From: Octopus sinensis
Lineage: Eukaryota
Assembly: GCF_006345805.1 (NCBI RefSeq)
Contig: NW_021833586.1
Coordinates: 14,847-78,846, forward strand
Direction: 5' to 3'
DNA length: 64,000 nucleotides
Shown: one piece after another, positions 1 to 11,630 of the stretch
How positions within the stretch are numbered: the stretch's first letter is position 1
How the letters are laid out: each line of letters begins with the position of its first letter
Made by a program: the position numbers and the translations under genes
Notes under the pieces: model-generated
Database searches by the model: none
Told to the model about the DNA's origin: nothing
The model's input: only the letters and a program-made list of their open reading frames with translations

Positions 1-217
1 ATGTACAGGCACCGGTATTTCATTAATTATTTAAGTAAATTTAATATTTGTTAAAATTTAGAGGGTACTGACGAAGGTGACCAACCCTAGTTCGGCAAAA
101 GTCTAATATCCGGATTGGCTTTGGAACTAAAGGTCCCGGAAATTTGATGCTGTGCTTGCATAAGATTACATTACCACCACCAACGCCACAACCGGCACTA
201 TCACCACCACCACCACC

Positions 218-260
<43 letters not shown>

Positions 261-709
261 ACAACAACAACAACAACACCAACACCATAATCGCCATCAC
301 TACTACTAGTACTACCACAATCAAGAAAAGAAATAATACAACCACTACTACTGCTACCTCCAATACCATCGCCACCATCACTGCAACCATCATTAATTCT
401 ACCACCATAACTGCCGCCACTACCACCTCTAGTATCACTACAGCCACCACAACCATCAATACAACCACCGCCACCACAGCTCCCATCATCAACACCACCA
501 TCATTACTACCAACACCACCACTACCACCATCACCACAACCATAACCACAAAAAACAACAACAACCATAACAACAATAGTAACATACAATGAAAGTAAAA
601 ATCGGGGTCTTTAATGAGGTTGATCAAATGTACTAGAAATAGCAGCCAAATCATCTTTACACCTTCCAGCTATTGGTCTTTTCAATCAGGAATTGACCAA
701 GAAGCTAAT

Positions 710-751
<42 letters not shown>

Positions 752-1393
752 ACTACCACCACCACCACCACCGCTGCTGCTGCTGCTGCTGATGCTGCTA
801 CTACTACTACTACTACCAGTACCACCACCACCATCACCATCACCAACACCAGAACCAGCACCAGTATCAGCACCACCACCATCACTATCATGTTAAATAA
901 CAAACATCTTCAATAGCAAAAAGGACCGCATCTTCTACGTGGTTAACTGCTATGCAAGAAATAAGAACCAAATCACTTTAAACTGCATCCTAACCGCATC
1001 GCTAAAAGAGGCATTGGCATTAAAAATTGTGATCCTGGGGGTCGTGCATGTACAGAACAGGGAGGGATGGTCATATCTGGAATACGTTTAAATACATGAT
1101 CGCTCTATAAACAACAACAAAGTGCACCTGTTGTTTTGAATTAAAGTGTAACGAAAGATAATTAGATGAAGAGAAAGAAACACGCCCTCTCACACAGACG
1201 CGCGCGCAATACACATATACGCACACGTAAGCACACACACACACATTAAAAGTAAAACGAGTATAATTATATCTCCTTCCTCCCAGCCTCTCTCTATTTC
1301 ACTCTCTCATATATGTATATATATGTATGTATATATATATATGTATGTATGTATGTATATATATATATGTATGTATGTATGTATGTATATATA

Positions 1394-1624
1394 TATTTCT
1401 TTACTACCCACAAGGGGCTAAACATAGAGGGGACAAACAAGGACAGACAAAGGGACTAAGTCGATTACATCGACCCCAGTGCGAAACTGGTACTTTATTT
1501 ATCGACCCCGAAAGGATGAAAGGCAAAGTCGACCTCGGCGGAATTTGAACTCAGAACGTAACGACAGACGAAATACCGCTAAGCATTTCGCCCGGCGTGC
1601 TAACGATTCTGCCAGCTCGCCGCC
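1394..1624 (-). mobile_element. tRNA-derived SINE, family C (head GGCGGCGAGCTGGCAGAATCGTTAG)
   Basis: Reverse complement of 2377-2606; further copies near 41313, 47912 and 54433. Confidence 0.85.
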
Positions 1625-1816
1625 CTATGTATGTATGTATATATATGTATGTATGTATATCTATATATATATATATATATATATGCATACATACACACAC
1701 ATATACTTACACATGCACACACACACACAAAACAATATAGATACCTATAAACACAGATATAAACGCATAAATATATACATACATAGACGCATATATAAAT
1801 ATATATCTATATAGAT

Positions 1817-1852
<36 letters not shown>

Positions 1853-1943
1853 TATATATATACATACATATATATTTTATTAATGCTTGTATACACTTAC
1901 ATAAACATACACACACCAATATATATAAAACTATATATATATA

Positions 1944-1986
<43 letters not shown>

Positions 1987-2081
1987 CATGTGTATATTTG
2001 TATACACACACACATACACACACCAACAACTTTAACGAACTACACACATTTCCTACTGAAGCGGGAGGTGACAAACAACCC

Positions 2082-2259
2082 ATGTTCGGGAAGAGCTGCT
2101 TTAGGTTGGATCCACCACCTGCCATTTGGTTACCTACGTTACAAGAAAAACATTATGAAGATGATGATGATGATATAAGGGAGAACGAGGACTTCAAGAA
2201 AACTAAACACCAAGGTGATACCATTTTTCCTTGGATGCAGAAACGTCACTCTCTAATAG
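2082..2259 (+). CDS. Scr: Hox gene exon carrying the hexapeptide (MFGKS...DDDDD...[14 protein letters not shown]); 5' boundary uncertain
   Basis: IFPWM matches the Hox YPWM/FPWM hexapeptide. The donor AG|GTATGT at 2259/2260 is phase 1 and joins in frame (G+GA = Gly) to the acceptor at 10714/10715. First in-frame ATG is 2082; the frame is open from 1929. A possible acceptor at 2103-2104 would imply an upstream exon. Confidence 0.75.
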
Positions 2260-2294
2260 GTATGTACTCTACATATTACATATAAACCTTTATT

Positions 2295-2336
<42 letters not shown>

Positions 2337-2376
2337 CTCAATCTATCTATCTATCTACCTTTCTATCTACCTTTCA

Positions 2377-2606
2377 GCGGCGAGCTGGCAGAATCGTTAG
2401 CACGCCGGGCGAAATGCGTAGCCGTATTTCGTCTGCCGTTACGTTCTGGGTTCAAATTACGCTGAGGTCGACTTTGCCTTTCATCCTTTCGGGGTCGATA
2501 AATTAAGTACCAGTTACGCACTGGGGTCGATATAATCGACTTAATCCGTTCGTCTGTCCTTATTTGTCCCCTCTGTGTTTAGCCCCTTGTGGGTAGTAAA
2601 GAAATA
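2377..2606 (+). mobile_element. tRNA-derived SINE, family C
   Basis: Full head-to-tail match to other family C copies in the window. Confidence 0.85.
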
Positions 2607-2665
2607 TCTACCTTTCTAACTATCATTCTATTTCTCTCTCCCTCTTATTCACTCTCTCCCTTTGA

Positions 2666-2699
<34 letters not shown>

Positions 2700-2714
2700 T
2701 ATATATATAATATA

Positions 2715-2746
<32 letters not shown>

Positions 2747-2822
2747 TATATGTGTATGTATATATAGAGAGAGACAGAGAGAGAGGGAAAGAGAGATAAA
2801 TCATAATATCTATGTATGTATG

Positions 2823-2853
<31 letters not shown>

Positions 2854-3188
2854 CTACATATATATATATCTATATATATATGTATAAGTATATGTATGTA
2901 TATATGTATGTATGCATGTATGTTTGTATGTATACACACATTCATATATGGGCACATACAAACATAGATACGCATACATATATTGATATGTAAAAGTAGA
3001 AATACGGACGCATGCACACACATACACACACACTCACTCACATATGTGTATGTCTGGATATATTCCATATGTACATATACATACATATACGTATAATACA
3101 CTGAAACATATATTTAATATAATTCTGTTCGTGTGTAAACTTGTGTATGTGATATACGTATGTATGTATGTATATATATATACATATG

Positions 3189-3228
<40 letters not shown>

Positions 3229-3305
3229 TAATTTACATATATATTTACATATATATATAAGATAGATAGATGTATATATATATATATAATATATACGTAT
3301 GTATA

Positions 3306-3340
<35 letters not shown>

Positions 3341-3804
3341 ATATTACGTATGTATATAAACATAGCTATTTAAAAATTGATATACATATCTAAATATATA
3401 TATAGATGCATATGGACATACAAGCATACACACACGACACACACACATATAATACATATATACATTATATAATGTTTGTATATATATGTATATATACGTT
3501 TATATTTTATAAGTTTGTTTGTGTGTGTGGGGGTAAATTGTGTGTGTGCGCATGCGTGTGTGTGTCGGTGTTTGTGTTCATGTGCATACATAAATACTTA
3601 CTCTCACACGTACATATTTCCTGCACTCTATTAGAAATTTGCAAAGCAATCTGCTAAAATACGTCTGAGACAGTACATTTGGTTCGCGGAGTTGAGCATG
3701 GAAGCTCATCTACCTGCAGTGGCTAAAGTCATGAGCAGTCATAGATGATGCTGATGTTGACGGTGACGACGACGACGATAATAAAAAAGATGAATGTTTC
3801 CTCC

Positions 3805-3979
3805 TCTAGCAATGCCACGCTCCTAAGGGCCGGTTTCCCGGTTTCAGTGGCGTAGAAATTTTCCACCTGGACAGAACGCCGGTCCGTCCCAGGATTACTC
3901 ATCGCCCTGTCCGGGAATCGAAACCACAATCTTACTATCATAAGTCCAGGAACTTAACGACTAAGCCACGCGCCTCCAC
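3805..3979 (-). mobile_element. tRNA-derived SINE, family D, internally deleted
   Basis: Reverse strand reads GTGGAGGCGCGTGGCTTAGTCG..GTGGTTTCGATTCC (A/B boxes); tail matches copies at 56811-57313. Confidence 0.7.
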
Positions 3980-3984
3980 ATAGT

Positions 3985-4185
3985 CCCCCATGTTCTTAAT
4001 CGTCAACAGGTACCATTCCACTGTTCCGAAGCATGTTGTCCACATAGGTTAGACGTTTTCTTCCCCAGTTGACACGCAGGTTCTGGATGCCTGACCCAAT
4101 GACCAGCAATTCTCGTTCTTCTCCGCTAAATCTTCCCAGTCACACTGGATATGTCTTGATAAAGCTGCTCGTTGGTTAAATGAGC
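3985..4185 (-). mobile_element. Degenerate RTE-like LINE 3' ORF fragment
   Basis: Reverse translation HLTNEQLYQDISSVTGKI*RRRTRIAGHWVRHPE...YVDNMLRNSG resembles the RTE-clade C-terminal region (R-R-x-R-x-A-G-H motif); contains stops and frameshifts. Confidence 0.6.
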
Positions 4186-4852
4186 TGTCCATATAACATT
4201 CAGAGCCAACACCTTAACCACTAAGCCACACACCCCACAATGGGGATTATATATATATATATATTGAAATATAGAAAGAAAATCGCAGATTTTGCTGAGG
4301 AGTGCAAAACTTTGAGCTGAGCTTGGAGTGTACTTGATTACAGAATTTCTCTAAATTCACTTCATGTAGCAGAATACATAAAATACATCAAGTAAATGGA
4401 TTTTTGAATATTGGGATAGACCTGGTAACTACATTGTTTCTGGCTGCTTTGTCTTAGCCAAGATGATAGTGTTAGGAGCTTTCATAGCCTTAAATTAGTT
4501 TAACGATATATAATACCATCAGAAACTAGAAAGTATAAGATTATAATAGGAAAGAGCTTAGAGAATAACAATGTAACCATACTTTGCGATATACCAATGT
4601 GCACAGACAAGGGAATCATTACTGATCGGTAAAGTATTGCCTGATCGACCCGGTGCTGCTATCAAAGGTCTTCTGAAATGGTAGTGTCTCCTAATGGATG
4701 TCTCAGTCCAAACTGATGACAATGAATTTCGCAAATGATTGGCAAAATTAAAGAAAAAGAAAAACCTGGAAATAGAGATAAACCGGATATGCGAACTGGA
4801 AAGAGAAACAATATCTACGACAACTATTGTCTTGGAAAGGATAATAATAATA

Positions 4853-4991
4853 TTAGGTTGTCCCAAAAGTTCGTAAACACTTGCGAAAATTGAATTTTTA
4901 CTCGCCAAGTACTAACAAAAACAACAAAAATTATTCCTCAAAATAAAGACCATTATTTTCCAAGACTTTCTACGAACTTTTGGGACAACCT

Positions 4992-4993
<2 letters not shown>
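4853..4993. mobile_element. Tc1/mariner-type MITE
   Basis: Perfect 20-bp TIR GGTTGTCCCAAAAGTTCGTA (4856-4875 / 4971-4990), TA on both flanks, inserted in a (TAA)n tract. Confidence 0.8.
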
Positions 4994-5039
<46 letters not shown>

Positions 5040-6014
5040 CATGTACACAGATATATAACGCAAACTATACGAAATTATAAATATGCACAACCGCGCACCA
5101 ACCCACATGCTTATTTAGGTTTGGCGGCCTACGCACACAATCAATAAAATAATATTTACTGATTTCTTATAGAGGGGAACTAAGATTTACAGCCATCTCA
5201 TATTTGCTTCTCTAGGTTTGTAGCACTTAAGAGAACTTAGGAGCGCATAATGCGTCTGCTAATTCATGAATAGCGCTCTGAACTGGCTCTGGTATTCCAA
5301 CATCGTGTTGCCTAAAGTGAGAATGTTTGATCCAAAACAAACTTCAGTGAAAGGCCTTTACAGGTTCGAATACGTGTCAAACATATTTGAAATGGCAGAA
5401 ACTAAAAATGGCCAATTTTCAAAGCAATTCACATTGCTTGTGACCTTTTCTGTAAGAAAGATATGTTCGTATGCGAAATTTAATGTAATTCGGTGCAAAA
5501 CACTGGCCTGCATTTTCAAACATCCATTTTTTAAAATAATATATTAAGAAGAAAAACAATAAATTAAACATTTTGCAAAAAAAGCAACTAGGAATTGACG
5601 TTTGCAATTAAATTGATTTATAGAAATATAAAGACAAACAACCAGAATTTTATAAAGTTCAAAGTATTTTAGTTTTAATTATTTCATTAACGGATTTAAA
5701 GATAAACAAATAACCTAGAAAACGGCGTAAATCAAAGAGAAGGAAATTAGATTCTAAATCCAGGAAGAAGAGAGATTAAGATTTTTATTTATCCCCATTT
5801 GAATAGTTTAAATTTCAGAACTGATTTTTTTTACTGTTTTTTTTTGTACTGTGCACTTTTTATTTTATTTATTTAGTCCTTTTTTTTTCATACAAAAAAT
5901 ATTTCTATTAATCAGCAATACTTAAAAATCTGGTGTAAAGTATCTTAGAGGAGCAATAGTTTCAAATATCTATGTTCAGAGTTCAAACCATCCTAGGGAC
6001 AATATATATATATA

Positions 6015-6200
6015 TCTTATATAAAATCCGTTCTGTCTGTCTGTGTGTGGCTTCTAGGATCTCGGGCATCCTCCATCCGATTGCGCTCAAATTTGATATG
6101 TAGACACCGACGGTATCAGGACGTGTATAAGTCTTGAAAACATTTACAAAAATCGATTCCAGGTGAGAATGCGATCGATAAAGCCGTGGGAAATCGTTTT
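6015..6200 (+). mobile_element. Probable Helitron-type non-autonomous element, 5' fragment
   Basis: A|TCTTATATAAAA start followed by (TCTG)n, like the 5' end of the element at 61173; no CTAG 3' end found. Confidence 0.4.
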
Positions 6201-6404
6201 TATTTGGAATAAAAATAAGTCTATCTTTATTTCTTCTTTTGCTGGTGTCTCAAATTTAGGTTAAATCAGAGTTTCTCAAAGGGGAGACCTATGGGAGGGT
6301 CGGGCAAGTTGTTTTGAGAAAATTTGGTTTAAATGTTTGACAACTCAGCACAGTCCATTGGACGAGGGGAGGGCGTTTTGCTCGTATATATATATTCATA
6401 TACA

Positions 6405-6435
<31 letters not shown>

Positions 6436-6671
6436 GCGCGCGTGTGTGTGTGTGTGTGTGTGTGTGTGATAAGAAGCTTGCTTGGCATTTGGGCTAGTGT
6501 CTTCTACTCTAGCTTCGGCCGACTAAAGCCTTGTATATGAGTAAACACAAGAGTACTCGGAAATTTGCATTAGCTTCGGTTGAATTTTATTTAATGCATT
6601 CATAAACGATTACTTCATAATGCACAGTACATCATCATATGGTAAAACTTTTTCACAGATAAAATTTTAGC

Positions 6672-7003
6672 ATCGCCCCTTCGGTCACGACACAGACCAT
6701 GGGATTGCACCTAGAAAGTTACCCTCCCAGGCACAAGTCCCAGCAAAGTTGTTTTACGGAAGACCAGCCGTCGCTCATGTATACCGGCCTCCCCTCTCCA
6801 CGCCACCAGTGTTATCGAAGGGAAAGGCAAAGGCCGATACAGTTTGGCACCTGTGACGTCGCAATTCATTTCTACAGATGAGTGAACAACGTGAGCAACG
6901 TGAAATAAAGTGTCTTGCTCAAGAACACAACTCACAACCCGGTACTGGATTCGAGCTCACAACCTCACGATCGTAAGCTCGACGCTCTAACCACAGAGCC
7001 ATG
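6672..7003 (-). mobile_element. tRNA-derived SINE, family E (central GTGTTCTTGAGCAAGACACTTT domain)
   Basis: A/B-box-like head on the reverse strand; homologous + strand copy at ~34590-34880. Confidence 0.75.
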
Positions 7004-7486
7004 TTGTTCCATGACAATACCTATAATATTATTCCCTCAAACTCTTGAGGCTAGCGAGCTGAAAGAATCGTTAGAGTGATGGAAGAAGGCGGCGAACTGG
7101 CGAAATATTTAGAGCGTCGGAAAAACATGCCTTGTCATTTGAATTATTCAGTACATTCCGTGTTCAAAACCCGTCACAATTATCTATACCTTTCATCCTT
7201 TACGGGTCGATAAAATAATCTGCCAGTGAAGTAGTGCAGTCGATGGTATCAACTTATCCTCTCCCGTCAAAATTACTGAAACTACCTACTGCAGTGATTC
7301 TCAACTCCCTCCTTTTTTTTTACCTTTGGATCCCTTTGACTGCTATTTTACTCGACTGGATCTCCATCGCCATGAAGTGTTTAAAAAGTCTTATATTTTT
7401 ATAAATAAGTATTATTAGGAAATGCAGTTAGAAAATTGTTAAGATATCTTATACATTATAAAAGTAAAATTAATTAATTGCACATA

Positions 7487-7611
7487 GGCGTAGGAGTAGC
7501 TGTGTGGTAAGTAGCTTGCTAACCAAGCACATGGTTCCGGGATCAGTCCCACTGCGCGGCATCTTGGGCAAGTGTCTTCTGCTATAGCTCCGGGTCGACC
7601 AAAGCCTGTCG

Positions 7612-7652
<41 letters not shown>

Positions 7653-7872
7653 GTGTGTGTGTTTTTGAGTCTGTGTTTGTCCCCCTAGCATTGCTTGACA
7701 ACCGATGCTGGTGTGTTTACGTCCCCGTCACTTTGCGGTTCGGCAAAAGAGACCAATAGAATAAGTACTGGGCTTACAAAAAATAAGTCCCGGGGTCGAT
7801 TTGCTCGACTAAAGGCGGTGCTCCAGTATGGCCGCAGTCAAATGATTGAAACAAGTAAAAGAGTAAAGAGAG
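7487..7872 (+). mobile_element. tRNA-derived SINE, family B (head GGCGTAGGAGTGGCTGTGTGGTAAG, internal (TA)/(TG) tract, tail GAAACAAGTAAAAGAG)
   Basis: More than ten related full or partial copies in the window. Confidence 0.85.
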
Positions 7873-8163
7873 AGTATATCATCAGGACACATAGGATCCC
7901 GGTTGAGGACTACTGGAATAAGGTCTACGTACGTAGCGCTTTAAGCAAACATTATCTTAACAATTAAATGAAATCAAAGTCAGAGACGCAAATTGTCACA
8001 AATCAAACATTTAATTTATGTATACTAGATTGTTCAATGCCAGTAATAATATTTATTAATTATGCACATACCTTCATAGAAGTCTGAGTTGCGTTGTCAA
8101 AATGTCGAAAGACAGAAAGCACACACACAATAACCAATAATTATATGTATATATATATTATAT

Positions 8164-8199
<36 letters not shown>

Positions 8200-8209
<10 letters not shown>

Positions 8210-8298
8210 AGGGATGACCATTAAGTGGACATCCATTATGCTAGAATCTACCTCTAGCATAATGGATGTCCACTTAGTGGTCATCCCCCTTATATGTA
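8200..8298. repeat. Near-perfect hairpin (46-bp arms, 7-nt loop)
   Basis: 8200-8245 pairs with 8253-8298 with 2 mismatches. Confidence 0.9.
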
Positions 8299-8425
8299 TG
8301 TAATATACTTTTTTCTGAATCTTCAGATTTTTCAATATGCTAGGCCACTGGTTTTAAATTGATATTAATCAAATAAATATTTAATTTTTCACCCTTATTA
8401 TTTAAATTATATATATATATATAGA

Positions 8426-8485
<60 letters not shown>

Positions 8486-8499
8486 CATATATATATAAT

Positions 8500-8544
<45 letters not shown>

Positions 8545-9155
8545 ATATACATATATATATATATATTATATAATAATTCTGATGCACACTCTATACGATC
8601 TTTTACTCTTTTCGTTTTCTCTCTCTTTTTCTCCCTCTTATTCTTTTAACTCCTCTTCTTCACTATTCTCTCCTATTATTCTGTCACACTCTCTCCCTCA
8701 CTCCTCCTCCCTTGCTTACGTGACTCCCACATGACCATCGGCCATCTTTCTTTCTCTCTCCTCGTTGTAGCTGGAACAAGGAAGACGTTTATCTCCTGCC
8801 CTAACATGATTTACGCGTTTGCCACCACAACCTTGTTTAGGCTTAGCAGCTCTTCCTGTTTGTTTTCATTAACCTGTTTGTGTTACCTATTTTGGCCCTC
8901 CGCAAAATCCCAAATTTTATTTAATTTGCTTTGCGGGAGCAACTGTTTTATCGAAAGCGTATGATTGTTGTTAAATGCTCGAAATATACGAGACTTGAAA
9001 AACAGCCACAACTGATGAAGGGTCGTTCTTTATGTTGTTTGTTTTGTTTTCCATTTGTGTCTTTCGTTGATCGAAAGAACAGTTCATGTCCCATGTACTC
9101 GTGATCCGTACTGTTTTGTTGTACACGTTGTTTCAATACGTTCTGTGCCCACATA

Positions 9156-9200
<45 letters not shown>

Positions 9201-10150
9201 TAATATATATATATATGTACGTATAGATATATGTATATATACATATGTATATATGCAAATATATATTATCTATATTATATATATATATATTGCTCCAGCA
9301 TGGCCGCAGTCAATATGACTGAAACAAGTAAAAAAAAAAGATATATATATATATATGATAGGCTTCTTTCAGTTTTCATCTACCAAATCCACTCACAAGG
9401 CTTTGATCGGCCTGAGGCTATAGTAGAAGACACTTGCCCAACGTGCCACGCGGTGGGATTGAACCCGGAACCATGTGGTTGGTGAACAAGCTACTTACCA
9501 CACAGCCACGTATATATATACATATATATATGAGTACTTGTACGTGTGTGCGCGCGTGTGTGTGTGTGTATGCATATATGTATACATATATGCGTATATA
9601 TGTGCACATATATATGTGACTCTATGAGTATGCGTGTGTGTGTATGTGTGTGTGTGTGTGTGTGCTCTTGTTTAAAAATGAAGCGTATTATATAATGTGG
9701 GATGCATATACAATGACACTTTATATGCGACACCCTAGATATAAACTGACTTTAACAGTTTTTTTCCCCTTTTATCCATGTTCTGTAGACGTTTACACGT
9801 GTTGTTGGAACGTATGAGACTCTGAAATCTTTCATACTGAAGTTGGCACATTTAATTCAGAACCATATATATTTCACAAATCCCATATGGAATCAGTTCT
9901 TGTTTTTGAGAATAAAACCTCTCTTTCGACTCCATTCCCTTCCGTCGCTCATATGTAGTTATTAGTGCTGTTGTTGTTGTTGCTGTTGTTGTTGTTGTTG
10001 TTTTGTTGTTTTGTTGTTGTCGTTATTGTCGTTGTTGTTGTTGTTGTTGTTGTTGTTGTTATTCTTTATGTCCTATATTTTTTCTGAAATGTGTAAATCA
10101 TAGACACACCCAATAATAATAACAATAATAATAATAATAATAATAATAAC

Positions 10151-10197
<47 letters not shown>

Positions 10198-10345
10198 TAG
10201 CAGCAGCAACAACAACAACAAAACAACAACAATAATAATAATAATAATAATAATAGTATAATAATAATATAATAATATAATAATAATGATAGCAGCAGCA
10301 ACAACAACAACAACAACAACAACAATAATAATAATAATAATAATA

Positions 10346-10381
<36 letters not shown>

Positions 10382-10464
10382 TAATAATAATTATTATATT
10401 ATATTATTATTATTATTATTGTTATTGTTATTACCTCTTCTAAATAATAATAATAATAATAATA

Positions 10465-10507
<43 letters not shown>

Positions 10508-10714
10508 TATTATTATTATTATTATTATTATTACCTCTTCTACTATTATAATTCTTTATAAATTTGGAACAAGGTCACGATTTTTAAGGGAAGGTGTAAG
10601 TCGATTACATTAACATCATTATTCAACATAAGTTTAATGATAACAATAACCAGATTAATAAAAAATAATAATTTCTATGATTTTCTATGAATATTCTCTT
10701 ATGGTTTTTCGCAG

Positions 10715-11271
10715 GACATGGTAAAAATGTTGAAGAGTCGAAAAGAAATCGGACAACCTATAGCCAGCACCAAATTCTGGAATTGGAGAAAGAATTTCTC
10801 TTCGATAAATATCTTAACAAAAGAAGAAGAGTTGAAATTGCCGATTCTTTAAATCTGAGAGAAAGACAAATCAAAATTTGGTTCCAAAATCGACGTATGA
10901 AGTGGAAAAAGGAACATCAATTCAACTGTAAAAACCGAATGGTTCAGTTGTCCGATTGTCAACAACTGTTGAGTTTGAACACCAGTGGCATCCAGGTACC
11001 AAAACAGCCTCGGCAGCAGCTACAACTGGAACAACAGAGAATACAACTTCAACAACTACTGCAAGAGCAGCAGCAGCAACAATATCAACAGCTTCAGCAC
11101 CATGGTCCATATCATGAACAGCAACAGGACCACCGGCAACCGGAGCAGAGCGGCCCCCATCGACACCAGAAAGAAGATAAGCAACAACCTACGAACCATC
11201 AACAACATCGACAGTATCATCATTATTTTCAACATCTACAGCAAGTGGAGGCGCAATGGCCCAGTGGTTAG
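10715..11271 (+). CDS. Scr: Homeodomain exon of a divergent Scr/Hox5-like transcription factor with a Gln/His-rich C-terminus; stop lies inside a SINE
   Basis: Homeodomain 10738-10917 reads [60 protein letters not shown]. Helix 3 is Antp-class; T6, H11, K24, N39 and terminal KKEH fit Scr/Hox5. Hox identity is secure; the Scr assignment is likely, not proven. Confidence 0.92.
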
Positions 11272-11625
11272 GGCAGCGGACTCACGGTCGGAGGATCGCG
11301 GTTTCGATTCCAAGACCGGGCGTTTGTGTGTGTTTATTGAGCGAAAATACCTAAAGCTCCACGATCTCCGGCAGGGGGTGGTGGCGACCCCTGTTGAACT
11401 CTTTCGCTCCAACTTTCTCTCACTCTTTCTTCCTGTTTCTTGTCCCCGATTTCCTACGCAACCGCTGAGCCTGGATGCGCATTCATCCATCCGTCGATGC
11501 TCTCGGTGTCGGGCGTTGACCTGCTTTCTCTTCTGCGGGTCTTACGAATAGCAAAGTACCACGTTTCGGACTTCTCCCACTACAGACGGGACGAAGACCG
11601 CTTCACTCAACAAACAAACAAAACA
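11245..11625 (+). mobile_element. tRNA-derived SINE, family A head with alternative tail (A'), inserted in Hox coding sequence
   Basis: A box TGGCCCAGTGG, B box GGTTTCGATTCC, CAA-rich tail, short direct repeat AGCAA (11240-11244 / 11626-11630); homologous copy at 50250-50598. Confidence 0.9.
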
Positions 11626-11630
11626 AGCAA

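Larger units (their letters stand above)
2260..10714 (+). other. Hox intron between hexapeptide and homeodomain (8455 bp, GT-AG, phase 1)
   Basis: GTATGT at 2260 and TTTTTCGCAG ending at 10714; phases match; this is the canonical Hox intron position. Confidence 0.8.

Noticed and set aside
41-916. Gly/Val/Thr/Leu-rich ORFs as a possible upstream Hox exon
   Set aside because: Trinucleotide tracts plus a repeat motif (AGAAATAGCAGCCAAATC) seen elsewhere in the window; no Hox N-terminal motif.
11245-11320. tRNA-like sequences here and at other SINE heads
   Set aside because: They have A/B boxes but continue into shared SINE bodies and lack a complete cloverleaf; not tRNA genes.
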